From: Eledone cirrhosa | Lineage: Eukaryota | DNA: 64,000 bases | Assembly: GCA_964016885.1 (NCBI GenBank) | Contig: OZ024741.1 | Span: 355,756,001 to 355,820,000, forward strand | Direction: 5' to 3' | Shown: positions 30,822 to 44,723 of the stretch, in pieces | How the letters are laid out: each line of letters starts with the position of its first letter | How positions within the stretch are numbered: position 1 is the first letter of the stretch | Translations under genes and position numbers: made by a program | Notes under the pieces: generated by a model | What the model saw: only the letters and a program-made list of their open reading frames with translations | Databases searched by the model: none | Told to the model about the DNA's origin: nothing

Positions 30822-32262
30822 TATTTCTTTATTGGCCATTAGGGCTGAAACATAAAGCATGATACAAAAGCAAGGACAGTGGGATTTATATAAGACGTCT
30901 AAAAATATAACTGGTAACATTTAACAAAATATAACAATAAAACTCCCCAATAGGGAGTAGTACCACCCAGGAGTAACTTAGAAATCCCACAGATCCTAAA
31001 CCACCTTAATCTCCAAGAGCACGAACAGAAGGTTCCCCTCTCTTCTCCAAACTCTCCAGCCTACAGGCGCTTGGTCAGAGTAGACCTATTTACTCGGGTC
31101 ATCCTCTCTACATTCTCCCAGATTTTAACTAATGTACCCGGAGGGAAGCAGTGGAACTTGAAAAAGTTGATGAGCGCTTGGCCGAAAAAAAGAAAGTGTC
31201 AATCTTCAGTCCTTTCAGCCGCGCCCACTACACAACCTCTTTTGCTACAGTCACCAAACAAGACAACAGCCTCTCCCCACCGTCCAAAAGAAGGCGGCGG
31301 GACGATCTTCATGATAGAGTTGGTTGATAGCCAGATCCGTCGTACACGCCATAATAGCTGTTCGACAAAACTCCACTAATCAGCAATGCTTGGATACTGG
31401 ACGAATGTGTGCAGAACGGTTTCATTGCTCTGCGCGCCTCTCGGACAGGTCTGTCTGACAGCACTTCCGTGCCTGTAGAGTTTGTTTCAAACCGGCTGTG
31501 CCCCCAGTAGCACTGCCAAGCCAGAGATTTCTGGAAATTATCCATAGTCTCTGGCTCAAAGTTCTCCGGAACAGACTGGTTAGTTCAATTGTGTCGACGC
31601 CCAGAGTTTCTCCGAGGCCATCGTTGTTCTTGCCTCCCACTAGTCCTCTATAGAACACTAGAGAGGAATTTACACTGACCACATTGCCCGTTTGGCCCGA
31701 TGTGAGCACCTAACAACATTCACGAGGCCAGGCGCCAAGTTTAGGTCTTCGCTTGACCCATGACTGCAGCATAGTTAACGAGACGAGCTGCAGAAAGACC
31801 TCTCTTACAAACGGCGATCACACCTGTCCACCGTTTGGGGAAATCTGCAAATGTCATAGCCTCAGCGCATGTTTGCGCATCATCAGCCATGGCATGCCCA
31901 GCACACCATGTAGAGGGCGTCGGCTACAAATTGCTCGCCTCCCCAATGGAAGCTTTCCCGTCCACAGAAAGCTGAAGAGCAGGTGCTCCAATCTGTTGAA
32001 GAGCGAACAGAGGCAAGGTACGCCGGTCATGCTGTAATAGATTATAGAAGCGATGTATGCGTTCAGCACCGCTACCAGACGTTTCAGGGATTGCATCCTC
32101 TCGGTCCATTTCTGGATGTGAGTGGCCACTTTGCTCGTTACCTCGTCCCAGTTCTTATCCACCTGGAGGTCTAGACCAAACCAGACCCCAATAAGTTTCA
32201 CCGGTCCGTCTATCTGTCCAGCGTCAAACGAGGCTGTTGAACGGCATGGATTTACCTCTCTC
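30822..32262 (-). mobile_element. Decayed, 5'-truncated Tx1/L1-like LINE (post-RT region, Zn-binding domain, 3' UTR)
   Basis: GPVKLIGVWFG, RLEHLLFSFLW, GMPWLMMRKHALRL, MDNFQKSLAWQCY; homologous to 50589-51690; 3' end aataaagaaat. Confidence 0.88.
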
Positions 32263-32287
32263 GAAAAGATAAAAGTAGACAACTCAC

Positions 32288-32426
32288 CACTGAAGATGTA
32301 AAAGTTGAGATTGACTGACCCTACAATTGCTGTGAAACACCAGAGCAAGAACTGCGACGTGTGAAAATATCCTCTTGTTCCAAGACCAGTCATAATATAG
32401 TCCACATTAACTGAAGCAGACGACAT
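32288..32426 (-). CDS. SLC22-like first coding exon, copy A (intact ATG)
   Basis: MSSASVNVDYIMTGLGTRGYFHTSQFLLWCFTAIVGSVNLNFYIFS + G|gtgagt, resembling the SLC22 N-terminal D..L..LG..G.F. pattern; strong acceptor ttcctcttccttttccag ending at 32469 implies an upstream non-coding exon. Confidence 0.85.
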
Positions 32427-33246
32427 TCTTTTCGTGTTATTTTGCAATTTCAATCGAAATCTGATGCGCTGGAAAAGGAAGAGGAAAAGAAAATGGTTAT
32501 TATTAGTTAGCCAACTGGACATTTCAACCGTAATCCTCCCATCTGATCTTTCAAGCTCAGTATAGTTACAAATATATACTCCATTAAGTCCTTCTCTTTT
32601 TGAAACGACGGTGTGATTTAAGGAAAAAATGGCTACTATTTCTAAGCGGTCGTGTGAGAATCTAGTAGTCCCCATGTAAGCTTGAGATTTAGTATAAGGC
32701 TGGAAGTTGTAAGCAAACAATAATATTTCCATTGAAACTGAGCCAGCGTGGGAGTCTCTATGAGGTCGTTTGATCTGCTAGAAAATCGAACAATGCGTGA
32801 CGAAGAGGGTCAATGAGACCAGTGGAGGCAAAAACAGAGTAGATAACACGCAGAGTGGAAAAAGTCGCCTAGCAATAATTGTTTCTACTTTTGGCACAAA
32901 ACCAGCAATAATCCCAGTGCATTACTGATGCTTTATTTTATCGACCCCGTAAGGATGAAAGGCAAATAACGAGGCGACAAAATCATATAATGAAAGAGGA
33001 GAATATAACGGTAAAAGAGGTGAATAACTCAACACGAGGAGGAGTGGGCGCCATGCTTGTCACAGATAATACTGAGACTGCGTAAATGTGTATATAAATT
33101 TACACATATTTCGTCTAAAGACGTGTAAACATATCAAATAAACCTATTTCCCCGAAAAATGATAAAGACCTTTTACAAGTTTTCAAGCCTAGTTGGACTT
33201 TCATTAGTGTGCACCTATATAATCTAATCAACCACAAGGAAATATG

Positions 33247-33616
33247 CAAGAGTTATGGCCCTTTACGTTTTAAGTTCAAATCCCGACGAGGTTAGCTTTG
33301 CCTTACGGGGTGGATGAATAAAGCACCAGTAATGCACTGGAGTCGTTTTAATTGACTTTCCCTTCCCCTAAAATTGTTGATCTTGTGTCTACATCAGAAA
33401 CCATTATTTATAGTAGTATTCTATAAGGGCGGTGGATTAGCAGTATCGGTAGAGAATCGGACACCATGCTTTGCAGCATAGAGTTACGTCCCTTTATGAT
33501 CTGAGTTCAAATCCCGCCGAGGTTAACTTTGCCTTTCATCCTTACGGGGTCGATAAAATAAAGTACCAGTAATGCACTGAATAATTGCTGGTCTTGTGCC
33601 AAAAGTAGAAACAATT
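33247..33616 (+). mobile_element. Two tandem family A SINEs; the second has a 20-bp TSD
   Basis: attatttatagtagtattct at ~33403-33422 and ~33614-33633. Confidence 0.9.
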
Positions 33617-33822
33617 ATTTATAGTAGTATTCTGAAATGAACATACCAATTAGTGCTCATAGTAGTAGTTAATTAATATATACTGTATATTAAGCTAAGC
33701 TGCAGAAGTATATGATAAAGTTATATCTGTATATATACAGAATAGAAGTAACCGAGACTGCGTGAATGTATATATAAATATACACATTTTGAGTATGTAA
33801 ACATATCGAATAAATGTGAATA

Positions 33823-33886
<64 letters not shown>

Positions 33887-34029
33887 CTGATACCCATCTT
33901 TTTTGTTCAGTGGGCTTATACGCCCCATTATTAGGCTATATTATTTAGTCAATGTCACGGCGAAGCTTCTATTTCTATTTCAATTCTAAACTTCTCTCGA
34001 CGCGTTCCAAACATACTTCCTTTGTTTAT

Positions 34030-34062
<33 letters not shown>

Positions 34063-34074
34063 AATATATATGTA

Positions 34075-37066
34075 AGGATAGGTTTTACGAGTCCCTAATA
34101 CACACTACTGCTCTAACAGACGACAAGGACTTCCTAATCATTGCAGGAGATTTTAACGGACACGTAGGTAAACACTGCGACGGCTTCAATAGAGTACATG
34201 GAGGCCATGGAGTTGGCACAAGGAATGAGGAAGGATTCAGACTTCTAGAATTCTGCGACGCCAATGACATGTCGATATGTAACACAAACTTTAAAAAACC
34301 CGACAACCACCTGATCACCTATAGATCAGGGGAGCACTCTAGTCAGTTAGATTTTATTCTCATCAGAGGACGTGACAGATGGACGGTCGTAAACACAAAA
34401 GCCTTCCCTAGTGAGGAATGTACATCCCAACATAGCTTAGTTGTCAGCGACCTCACGGTCAGAACTAGACGAGCCCTGAAACAGAGGCCAACCTGGAGAA
34501 GAAAGATCTGGAAGCTGAAAGTCCCCTCAACCAGTAACAGATTTAAAGATATTTTACTCAACGCCTACGACAGTAAAGAAGAACAGATAGAGACATTTAA
34601 CGTAGAAGAGAACTGGGAGTTCCTAAAAAATAACTTACTAGAGGCGACGGATGAGGTTTGTGGCTGGAGTAAGACCTCAAGCAGGAGGAGAGTGACTTGG
34701 TGGTGGAACAATAAGGTAGATGAAGCAGTCAAGGCCAAGAGACAGGCATGGAAAGAATGGAAGAACGGGGGGAGCAGGGTACATTACATAGAGACCAAGA
34801 GGGAAGCTAGGCGACAAGTATACTTAGCTAGGAGGGAAGCAGAGGATAGAAAATTCAAGCATGTTTTACAACGTGAGGACCAGAAACAGGAGGTATTCAA
34901 GATTGCGAGGCAGTGTGTCAGAGATAGTTGTGATGTCATTGGAGAGAAGTGTATCCGGAATGATAAAGGTGAGCTTGCCCTCACAAGTGCTGAGAAGAAA
35001 GATGCATGGAAGAGTCATTATGATAGATTACTAAATGAGGAGAATGCATGGGAAGAAGAGACCCTACCCCACGTAGACCCTATAGAGGGACCAGCAGTAC
35101 AAGTCAGCGGCAGCGTAGTAAGTAAGGCAATCAGAGATATGAAGATAGGGAAGGCAACCGGTCCATCGGGTATAGCTGCCGAGATGCTGAAGGCATCTGG
35201 GTCTGTAGGTCACACTATAACCACACGTATCGTTAACCAGGTAATACTAGAGGGGGCCATACCAAAAGATTGGTGCAGTAGCATCATTGTCAACTGCTAC
35301 AAAGGTAAAGGCGATGCACTAGATAGAGGAAACTATAGAGGTATAAAGTTGATGGACCAGGTCATGAAAGTAACAGAAAGAGTTATAGCACAGCTGATTA
35401 GGGACCGGGTGAATATAGACGAGATGCAATTTGGGTTTGTTCCAGGGAAAGGCACCACTGATGCGCTCTTCCTTGTGAGGCAATTACAGGAAAAGTACCT
35501 AGCTAAAAGTAAGCCACTCTACTTGGCATTTGTCGACCTTGAGAAAGCCTTTGACAGAGTTCCACGTGCAGTAATCTGGTGGGCTCTTAGAAAACTAGGA
35601 GTAGATGAATGGCTTGTGAAAGCGGTACAAGCCATGTATAGGGGAGCAGTCAGCAAAGTTAGGATTGGCAATGAGTATAGCGAGGAATTTAGCGTACAGG
35701 TTGGGGTCCACCAGGGCTCTGTTCTTAGCCCTCTCCTGTTCATCATAGTCCTGCAGGCAATAACGGAGGAGTTTAAGACCGGATGCCCATGGGAACTCCT
35801 GTATGCTGATGACCTCGCACTCATAGCTGAATCTATGGTAGAACTAGAGAATAAATTCCAAACCTGGAAGCAGGGACTAGAGAGAAAGGGCCTCAAAGTC
35901 AACATGACAAAGACTAAGGTCCTTATAAGTAGACGAGAAAACAGAACCCAGATCCCCTCAGGGAAATGGCCTTGCTCAGTATGTAGGAAAGGTGTAGGTA
36001 GGAACTCCATTCTTTGCCCCAAATGCAAACAATGGGTACACAAGAGATGTAGCGGGATCTCAGGAAGCTTAATTAAGAATGTAGGATTCACATGCAGCAG
36101 CTGTGCTGAAACAGCAAGCAAACAGCCACAGGAAACAAGTACCACCAATCTCTGGGAGGGCCCTGTAGAAACAGTAGACAGCTTCTGCTACCTAGGTGAC
36201 CGAATTAGCAACGGAGGTGGGTGCTCAGAAAGTACAATAACTAGGGTAAGAACGGGATGGAAGAAGTTTAGGGAACTACTACCACTGCTAGCTGCAAAAG
36301 GCTTCTCCCTCAGAATGAAAGGCAGACTGTATGATGCGTGTATCCGAACAGCGATGTTGCATGGTAGTGAGACCTGGGCGCTGAAGGTGGAAGACTTACG
36401 TAGATTAGAGAGAAACGAAGCCTGCATGCTCCGATGGATGTGTAACAGTAATATACGTGAACGACAAAGCATAAATGAATTGAGAGAGAGACTGAGCATA
36501 AGAGGAATCAAATGCTGCGTGCAGGAGAGGCGGTTACGCTGGTATGGACATGTGATGCGTATGAAGGATGACAGCTGCATAAAAAGGTGCAGAGCACTAG
36601 AAGTTGATGGAAACCGCGGAGTGGGGAGACCCAAGATGACTTGGGATGAGGTGATAAAAGCCGACCTTACCCAACTACACCTCTCAAAGTCAATGACACA
36701 CGACCGTGACTTCTGGCGTCACGCAGTAATATAGGGTACCCGACCTCCCATGGGTACATGCTGAAGCATATAAACAATATGCCCCCCCCCCCCCCACCGC
36801 AAGGTGGTCGTGGAGGTGCCACGGCAAAAAAGCACCCAGCCCACACTGTAAAGTGGACGTGTAGGCGCCACGAAAAAGCACCCAGCACTCACTGTAAATG
36901 AGGTTGGTGTTAGGAAGGGCATCCAGCTGTAGAAATCAAGCCAGATCAGTTCCTGTATGAGCAAGGCATGGTCAGCCGACCAGACACTGCCCACAACAGG
37001 ACAACCCGTCTAACCCATGCTAGCGTGGAAGAACGGACGTAAAACGGTGATGATGATGATGATGAT
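34075..37066 (+). mobile_element. 5'-truncated RTE-clade LINE with an uninterrupted ORF (partial APE, RT, Cys-rich insert) and (GAT)n tail
   Basis: IAGDFNGHVG, SQLDFILI, NYRGIKL, FVDLEKAFDRVP, GVHQGSVLSP, LLYADD, YLG, RRLRWYGHVMR; ORF ends at 36734. Confidence 0.95.
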
Positions 37067-37104
37067 GTACTGCCTCTCTGTTCTGTCCCTGTTCAATTTT
37101 TCAT

Positions 37105-37146
<42 letters not shown>

Positions 37147-37205
37147 CACATATATACACATGTATAACATATATACATATATATCACACACACATCCATA
37201 TATAT

Positions 37206-37252
<47 letters not shown>

Positions 37253-37534
37253 TAAACATGTCTCACATATATACATATATATCATATATACATATATATC
37301 ACACACACATATATATACACACATATATATATATATGCACATATATATAAATACATATATATCATATATACATATATATCACACACACATATATATACAC
37401 ACACACACATATATATGCACATATATATAAATACATATATACATATACATACATATATACACACACAAAAACATATATATGTGTGTGTGTGTGTATATAT
37501 ATACATATACATACATATATATATATATATGTAA

Positions 37535-37829
37535 AGGGGTATGGCTGAGTGGTTAGAGAATTAGATTTTCAACTGTGAGTTCAATTCCTGGACCAGGTGA
37601 TGCATTATGTCCTTGAGCAAGACACTTTATTTCACGTTGCTCCTTCTACCTGGAGTTGCAACTGATAGATAGTACTAGCAACTGGAAAGACCAATGGAAA
37701 CATTGTTTCCTCGGTCCGATTTGACGAAAGTCGATCAATCCTTTTATATATATATATAACCCATGCTAGCGTGGAAAATGGACATTAAACGAAGATATTG
37801 ATGATGATGATGATGATATATACATATAT

Positions 37830-37893
<64 letters not shown>

Positions 37894-38234
37894 GGAGGCA
37901 CATGGCTTAGTGGTTAGAGCATTGGCCTTGCAATCGAAAGGTTGTGAGTTCAATTCTCAGACCGGGTGATGTGTTGTTTCCTTGAGCAAGACACTTTATT
38001 TCACATTGCTCCAGTTTACTCAGCTGTAGAAATGAGATGATAGGGACTGGGGTCCCTATCATTCCACTGCAAAAGTGGTCGTGGAGGTGCCACGGCAAAA
38101 AAGCACCCAGCACTCACTGTAAATGAGGTTGGTGTTAGGAAGGGCATCCAGCTGTAGAAATCAAGCCAGAATCAGTTTCCGTCCCACCCTTGCAAGCAGG
38201 GAAAAGTGGACGTAAAATGAAATGATGATGATGA

Positions 38235-38238
<4 letters not shown>
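37535..38238 (+). mobile_element. Family B SINE copies and RTE 3'-UTR fragments
   Basis: tggcttagtggttagagc...gagttcaattc...cttgagcaagacactttatttcac; 38075-38170 matches 36803-36945; (GAT)n tails. Confidence 0.8.
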
Positions 38239-38326
<88 letters not shown>

Positions 38327-38329
38327 AGC

Positions 38330-39280
38330 AGAGGAAAAGAGAAGGCATTCATATCACAAAAGCCATGTGTTATGCAGAATGCTGAACAGATCATAAGCTG
38401 CTCAACATAAAATTACAAAAGCCTAGAAGACCGCAAGGCACCAAAGTTCGAAAGGAAGGATTTATAGAGGACTTGAATCAAGAACCTGAAGCAGACTGGA
38501 AATCTTTCTGCAATAACTTACAACACTGCTATTAATATAGTTGGTCCCAAGGTCAGGTAACACCATGATTGGTTTAATGAGAACAACGATGCCATACAGA
38601 AGCTATTGGATGAAAAATGCCATCTCTATGAAACCCACCTAAGTGACTCTATTTCTATCTCAAAGAAAAAAGACCTTTGACGAAAAGGAATCTAAAGTTC
38701 TGCAAAAACTAGGTAGCATGCAAGACAGGTGATTAAAAAAGAATGCTGACTAGATCCAAGTGACTAGATCCAAGTCTACGCTGATAATCACGACTCCAAT
38801 AACTTTTACAGCACATACTATGAAATCGATATAATAAAGTACCAGTAATGCACTGGGTCATTGCTGGCCTTGTGCCTAAAGTAGAAACAATACTATGAAA
38901 TCTACGATTTAACTTCATTTGCACCATCCCCGCTACTCAGCATAGATGGCCACACACTTATCGTTGATAAGAAACTCATTCTCGATCGCTGAGCGGAGCG
39001 GAGCATTTCAACAATATCTTTAGTCGGCCCTCATCTATAAATGAAGAAGCCATAGATAGATCACCTCAGGTCCCAAATGACTTGTTTCTTGGTAGAGGTC
39101 CCTCAAGCCTTGAATTGTCTCACCGATGGGAAGTTCCTGGTAAGGATTCCATTCCTGCAAAGATTCTCAAATCGGGCAGTGTCAAGCTGAGATAGAAACA
39201 AAGAGCTTTTCTAAACTATGTGAGATCAGGAAAAATATTCCCCAGAACTTCACAGATGCTTCTATCATCCACTTGTATTC
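38330..39280 (+). mobile_element. Highly decayed RTE/BovB-like fragment
   Basis: HHDWFNENNDAIQKLLDEK, AEHFNNIFSRPSSINEEAIDR, PQNFTDASIIHLY with many stops; short SINE tail inserted with TSD atactatgaaatc. Confidence 0.7.
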
Positions 39281-39384
39281 GACTATAATATTTAGATTTA
39301 GTCAATGTTACGGTGAAGCCCCTATTTTAATTCTAAACTTCACTCTACGCGTTCCAAACATACTTCCTTATTTGTTTATATATA

Positions 39385-39786
39385 TATATATATATATATA
39401 AAGTTGTAGTTCCTGCTATCTGTTTGTTTGTTTGGTAACGAACTCCTCCTATGGTTTTGGAGATAGACCCCCATAACCATATATATTCTGAAACTACATT
39501 GCCCAGGGTACTTGGATAAGTATATTTCATTTTAATCAAAGGCTTCCCCGGGGACACAACCACCCCTCCCGGTGAAAATGTTTTCCCTTCGATTTATATG
39601 AAATTTAAACCATAGGTAAATGATATGATATAATGCCTATTCACAAAATTTCAGTCAATTTCAATAATATTAAGACACCCTAATGGAGTTTTTCTCCATA
39701 AATTATATCACTGATTTAAAATCAATCATCATTTTCTTACCAAAAAAATGTGTGAAACGCAGCAAGGCGTGAGTAATTCGGCTAGT
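39385..39786 (+). mobile_element. Short non-autonomous Helitron-like element
   Basis: tatatataaagttg...(TTTG)n near the 5' end; 3' hairpin acgcagcaaggcgt then CTAGT. Confidence 0.65.
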
Positions 39787-40257
39787 ATATATATATATAT
39801 ATTCATCCGCCAAAACTAAGGGTTGCCCCCATTGTCGATCCCCACGTGGGTTTTGATAATGGTCATTGCTTGGTTTGGCACTTGAACTAAAAGCCTGTTG
39901 AGAAAGTGACTTCCTTGTTCAATCATCTTACCAAAAGCTTAACATTATTTGTCTAAGTAGACAGTACCTGATTTAGGAGTTGCAGAAACCCAAATGCTGG
40001 ATTTTACCAACCTTCCAGGGGTCCGGGTATAATTTTCAATCATATTTTATTTGTTTGATCCGAATTACTTGGGCGTTTCTATGGCTGTGCGGATAATGGT
40101 TTAACCATCGTCTCAGTGTGTTTGGCCTTTTAACTTATGTTGTAGCTCTAGTTCACTAGCTTCTATGGAGCGCTTGCCACACATCTCGGAAGTTGTTTTT
40201 CGCTAATTTCCAATAGCTGAAATACGATTCTCGCTAATTTATATTTGTATATATATA

Positions 40258-41306
40258 TACCTAAAGGTCGACTGGTGGTTCAGGAAGCGTTCCTTAAATC
40301 GGCCCTCCACCATACCCTAACACGGCGTTAGCTAACAGCGGCTTCTCTCAACCTATCACTTACTCTCCCACTATCAACAACAGCAATAAGAAAAGAAAGC
40401 GTAACAATAAACAAACTATCTGGTTCTCTCCTCCCTTCTCACTCAACGTTAAAACCAATGTAGGCAAACAATTTCTAGCCCTCTTAGATAGACACTTTCC
40501 CATAGGTCATAAATACCGCTCCATCTTTAACCGACACAAAGTTAAACTAGGATACTCCTGCGCTAAGAACATGAAGGCCCACATCACCAACAGCCCTAAG
40601 AGCATCACCCCACCAGGGTGCTCTTGCCGTAAGCCCGACGCTTGTCCCCTTCAACAGCAATGCAACACACCCGCTGTAGTTCATGAGGCTGTGGTCACTT
40701 CCAACTGACCAAATCAACCACAGGAGGTCAAATCCTATGTGGGTATGGCGGAGGGCCGATTTAAGGAACGCTTCCTGAACCACCAGTCGACCTTTAGGTA
40801 CCCGGACAGACGTTCATCCACGAAACTCATGAGCCACGTATGGTCCCTCAAGGACTCAAGTATAGACTACTCCATTCAATGGAAAGCCATCACTAAGTCC
40901 AAGCCATACGCAAGGGGAAATCCGTCGTGTGGACTATGTATTGATGAACGAATAAATACTCTAAAGAGATTATGCAATAGCGATTGCCTAAACACGAGAA
41001 ATGAATTCTTCAGACGTTGTCCACACGTCTCGAAACACCTCTTACGTAACTACAAAACTCCGGATTGAATTACAACAACATCCTAATTTTCTTATCAACT
41101 TGAAACTGTTCGGACTTTCTCAGTTATCTCCCTTACACCTCTCGCACGCATTTTAGTATTGCCTGTATGAAGTGATCGTTTCTACGCATGCGCGTTCGTA
41201 CGGTTGTCCTTCCTGTTCCGCATAACCATGTCCATTACAAGCTGAGGATCCGCTAAGGTGAAACAATTGTTCTCGGTATGGTGAACTAACTGTTGTCTAA
41301 CCACTT
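40258..41306 (+). mobile_element. Penelope-like 3' fragment (GIY-YIG) with an inverted 5' piece and a degenerate hammerhead at ~41238-41277
   Basis: IWFSPPFSLNVKTNVGK, YVGMAEGRFKERFLNH, CGLCIDE, LNTRNE..CPH; 40258-40317 is the reverse complement of 40741-40800; CTGAGGA..GAAA-caattg-TT. Confidence 0.88.
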
Positions 41307-41321
41307 CTATATATATATATA

Positions 41322-41426
<105 letters not shown>

Positions 41427-41459
41427 AAGGGGTACCTTATATATATATAAGGTACCCCT

Positions 41460-41890
41460 TTGATGGTCGTTCCTTTTCGTGGTGGAGAGGCTTGCGTGGT
41501 CCACTGATACTGACAGTGACGCCATCGGGGGTTCTAAACTCCTAGAAGGGACACCCTTGGCGACAAGGTTGAAGACGAGGACCCAGACCAAGCGTGACCA
41601 ACCCCCAAAGAACCCAACGATGGAGTAAGCGTTTAGAGTAAAATTACAACAGATCTAAACGGATGAACAAGTGGATGAAGAGGGTTACGCATGACGGACA
41701 TGCTAGAGAAGGCGCCACCCAAAAGTATAACAGAGTCAGCGGTAGTCCGTTACAATTTCATGGCTGGATCCTGCATGTCTCATTCCATATTTACCACCGA
41801 GGAAGGTCATGAAATCAAGTGTGTAGGTCACTTCCTGGCGAGTTGGGGTCCACCTTAAACAAATTCACGCCATCGTCACTTTCATCTTCT
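41460..41890 (+). mobile_element. Degenerate RTE-like 5' UTR fragment
   Basis: cgtggtggagaggcttgcgtg...gggacacccttggcgacaaggttgaagacgagg..ccagac resembles RTE/BovB 5' regions (recalled, not searched). Confidence 0.45.
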
Positions 41891-42101
41891 ACTCAGATTT
41901 TCATATAACGTAACAAGCTTCTCGGGTTATGTTTGGTCTTTAAAAGAAAATACTGCAGACTACAATATCGACTGGAGAATCGTTGAAAAATGTACACTTG
42001 ATAAACATTCGGAACTTATTTTCACATGCATTCACAAAATATATAAACCAGTAAAATGTTTAAACCATTCATCAGAAAACGTAATATAGTAAGGTGGATA
42101 G

Positions 42102-42168
<67 letters not shown>

Positions 42169-42228
42169 CTGGAAAGACCAATGGAAACATTGTTTCCTCG
42201 GGCCGATTTGACGAAAGTCTATCGACTG

Positions 42229-42297
<69 letters not shown>

Positions 42298-43149
42298 GTA
42301 GAACACTGGAAGGTAATATCCGTAGTGGTAGAGCACTCAGTCCATGGGACAAGTTAGGTAGAAGTGGTTATACAACAGTTAGTTCACCATACCGAAAATA
42401 TAGTATTAGATAAAAGGAACAAAGAATCAGTGTTGCATCATAACATATTTGATAACATATTACATATGTTTCACTGTCGATCAGCTCGAGGGACGATCTA
42501 TTATTGATCGAACCTGATTCTGGAATCGAAAGATCCTCAGATATGCTTCAATAGGCAAGCTCGTCTCTGATGGCATATGGATTCCTCCCACTACCTTTCC
42601 AATCGCCCCCCCCCCACTCAACCCCTTCTGTGACACCAGAGCTCTTGCCATCTCCTCCTTTTCCCGTTCTTTTTCTTCTTTCTTTCTCTCTTTTTTTTTC
42701 TTTTCTATATTTCCCTATTCTTTCTTTCCTTGTGTGCACCCCCTCATCTTTTTTCCCTCGTTAAATCCTCGCGTGCGTTCATGCGTGCCGGACTGTCTGC
42801 CAGTCTTCCATAGCCACAATCGTTTAAAGTCCTCGTTAGGCGATAAGTTAAAACCAGGATTCATTGTTGGTGTCCAGACTAATATGCTCCTCTTTCCCCG
42901 TACTTGTCATCAATACACACACACACATATATATACATATACATATATATATGTGTGTGTGCGCGCGCGCGCGTAATATATTTATATATATGCTCTATAT
43001 ATTCTTCTATATTTACTAATACTTTTATAGTTCAGTATTTTTTATCTAAAATGTCTGTACCATTTTAAAAGCAGGACTGGATCAAACTTTTTAATTTTGA
43101 GATCCTCGCACTCTGGATCTCGACAGCAGGGACCCTCCACTACGGAGGA

Positions 43150-43800
43150 GGGATATTGTTCTTGAGTCTTCAAGTCTCAAGAACAATATCGCATTCTTTT
43201 CTGCGACCTTTCACATGCGAGACACTGCTCTCTCGACTCAGCTCACCCAATCCACTTCCGATTGCACGAAACGTCTTGCAACAGAGTGAATCTCAAAGTA
43301 TTTGAGGGTGACGTTTCCTCAGCGGTACGTGTGCTGGCCTCGTGAGGTACTCCAGCCCGACAAATGCCGTTTTAGAGCTGTTGTCAACGAATTCGGCTCG
43401 CACCCACTATCATTCCGCCAGAGCGCAGGCTGGTTCCCCCGACATGCTCTTCGCAACAACATAATGAGAAGGAGCCTAGACGCAAACAGCTGGAGCAAAC
43501 AACTGGAGCTAGCAGGTCTAGACCCTGGAGACGGCAAGCGCCACGACGGAATCACTCTCTTCCCTTTCCAAAGAGGTAAATCCCTCGTCTGTCACGCGAC
43601 ATGCTGTAACAGGTTCTCCGCCTTCAGCTTAGTCGCTTCAGACACAAACCCCGGTATCGCAGCTCGCAACGCAGGGAACAGGAAGACAAGCAAATCCCGA
43701 ACTTGTCCGGCGGCTTCTTCCTCTTTGCATCGGTCACCCCTAGAGACCTCAGACCCCGCACAGCTGACTTCTTCCGTAAAATCAGAATTACAGCAACAAG
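43150..43800 (+). mobile_element. Decayed CRE-like non-LTR fragment (RLE domain)
   Basis: PRHA..NNIMRRSL...LELAGLDPGDGKRHDGITLFPFQRGKSLV resembles the LEP.GL.R.DGKRPDG.T..PW..GK motif. Confidence 0.7.
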
Positions 43801-43806
43801 CCTGAG

Positions 43807-43888
43807 GAGGGAGTCCTGCGAGGAGGGAGTCCTGCGAGGAGGGAGTCCTGCGAGGTGGGGGAGTCCTGCGAGGAGGGAGTCCTGCGAG
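43807..43888. repeat. Minisatellite, 5 copies of ~16-nt gagggagtcctgcgag
   Basis: Direct tandem units with no unique spacers. Confidence 0.95.
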
Positions 43889-44169
43889 GTGGGGGTGGCT
43901 GTTGCAGTGGGTGTTCTGGCCATTGTGCGCGGCAATGTATTTGCCATATTGTCCGCAGGGCGCAGCCGAAATATCACTCTGACTTAGGTGTAGAGTACGT
44001 CATCCTCTCCCCTTCCCTCTTTCTTTCATTGCCAAACTATCCTTGCTCTTTCCCTCCTTTTCCTCTCATTTTTAGCATTTATAGTTCTTTCCAATACTAC
44101 TTTCTTTTTCTATATGTTTGACTAAATATTAAATTCTTTATTATTTTTATGTAAAAAACAAGATGGCGT

Positions 44170-44460
44170 AGGACAGAACAAAGAAGAGGCACAAAACAAA
44201 GAAAAGAATCCCCAGTCACTGAAGAGGTCACAGAATGTATGACGAAAGAACTTTGACAATATATGAACAACCGTCCGGTTGTGGAACCAACCAACCGGAA
44301 ATTTATAAATTCTTAAATTTATAAATTTAATTTATAATAAATTGGAGTGAAAGCAACTGGTGCGTGTGTTTCTTATTGGCAACATGACCCTCCCAAAGTA
44401 TAACAATATCGGTTTCAACACACGTTTTCAGATAAAGAACCTTGCTAAACAAATTCAGAA
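44170..44460 (+). mobile_element. Solo copy of the Naiad-like 3' repeat including its hammerhead (44215-44257)
   Basis: Near identical to 25352-25642. Confidence 0.9.
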
Positions 44461-44723
44461 AAGAAATATTTTTATGTAATTTTATCTTAAATACTTATTG
44501 TCTGATTAAATAAAAACACAATCTTTAAATATAAAAAAAACAAAACAAAATCAGCCATCAGTTTGCCGTATAGTTTACCCAGATATGTTCGTCTATAAAT
44601 AACACAATTACAAAAAATTCTAATACTCTCCAGTCTTTCGAATTTTTTCAACAATCACACAGTTATGAACGCTGATGTCAAACATGTTTTATTACACACA
44701 CACACAGACGCACATATATATAT

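Noticed and set aside
31854-32732. 292-aa ORF as an SLC22-Tx1 fusion protein
   Set aside because: Chance read-through past a consensus gtgagt donor into a decayed LINE; would need intron-retention evidence
43807-43888. Regular short repeats resembling a CRISPR array
   Set aside because: Contiguous tandem units with no unique spacers, eukaryotic context and no cas genes
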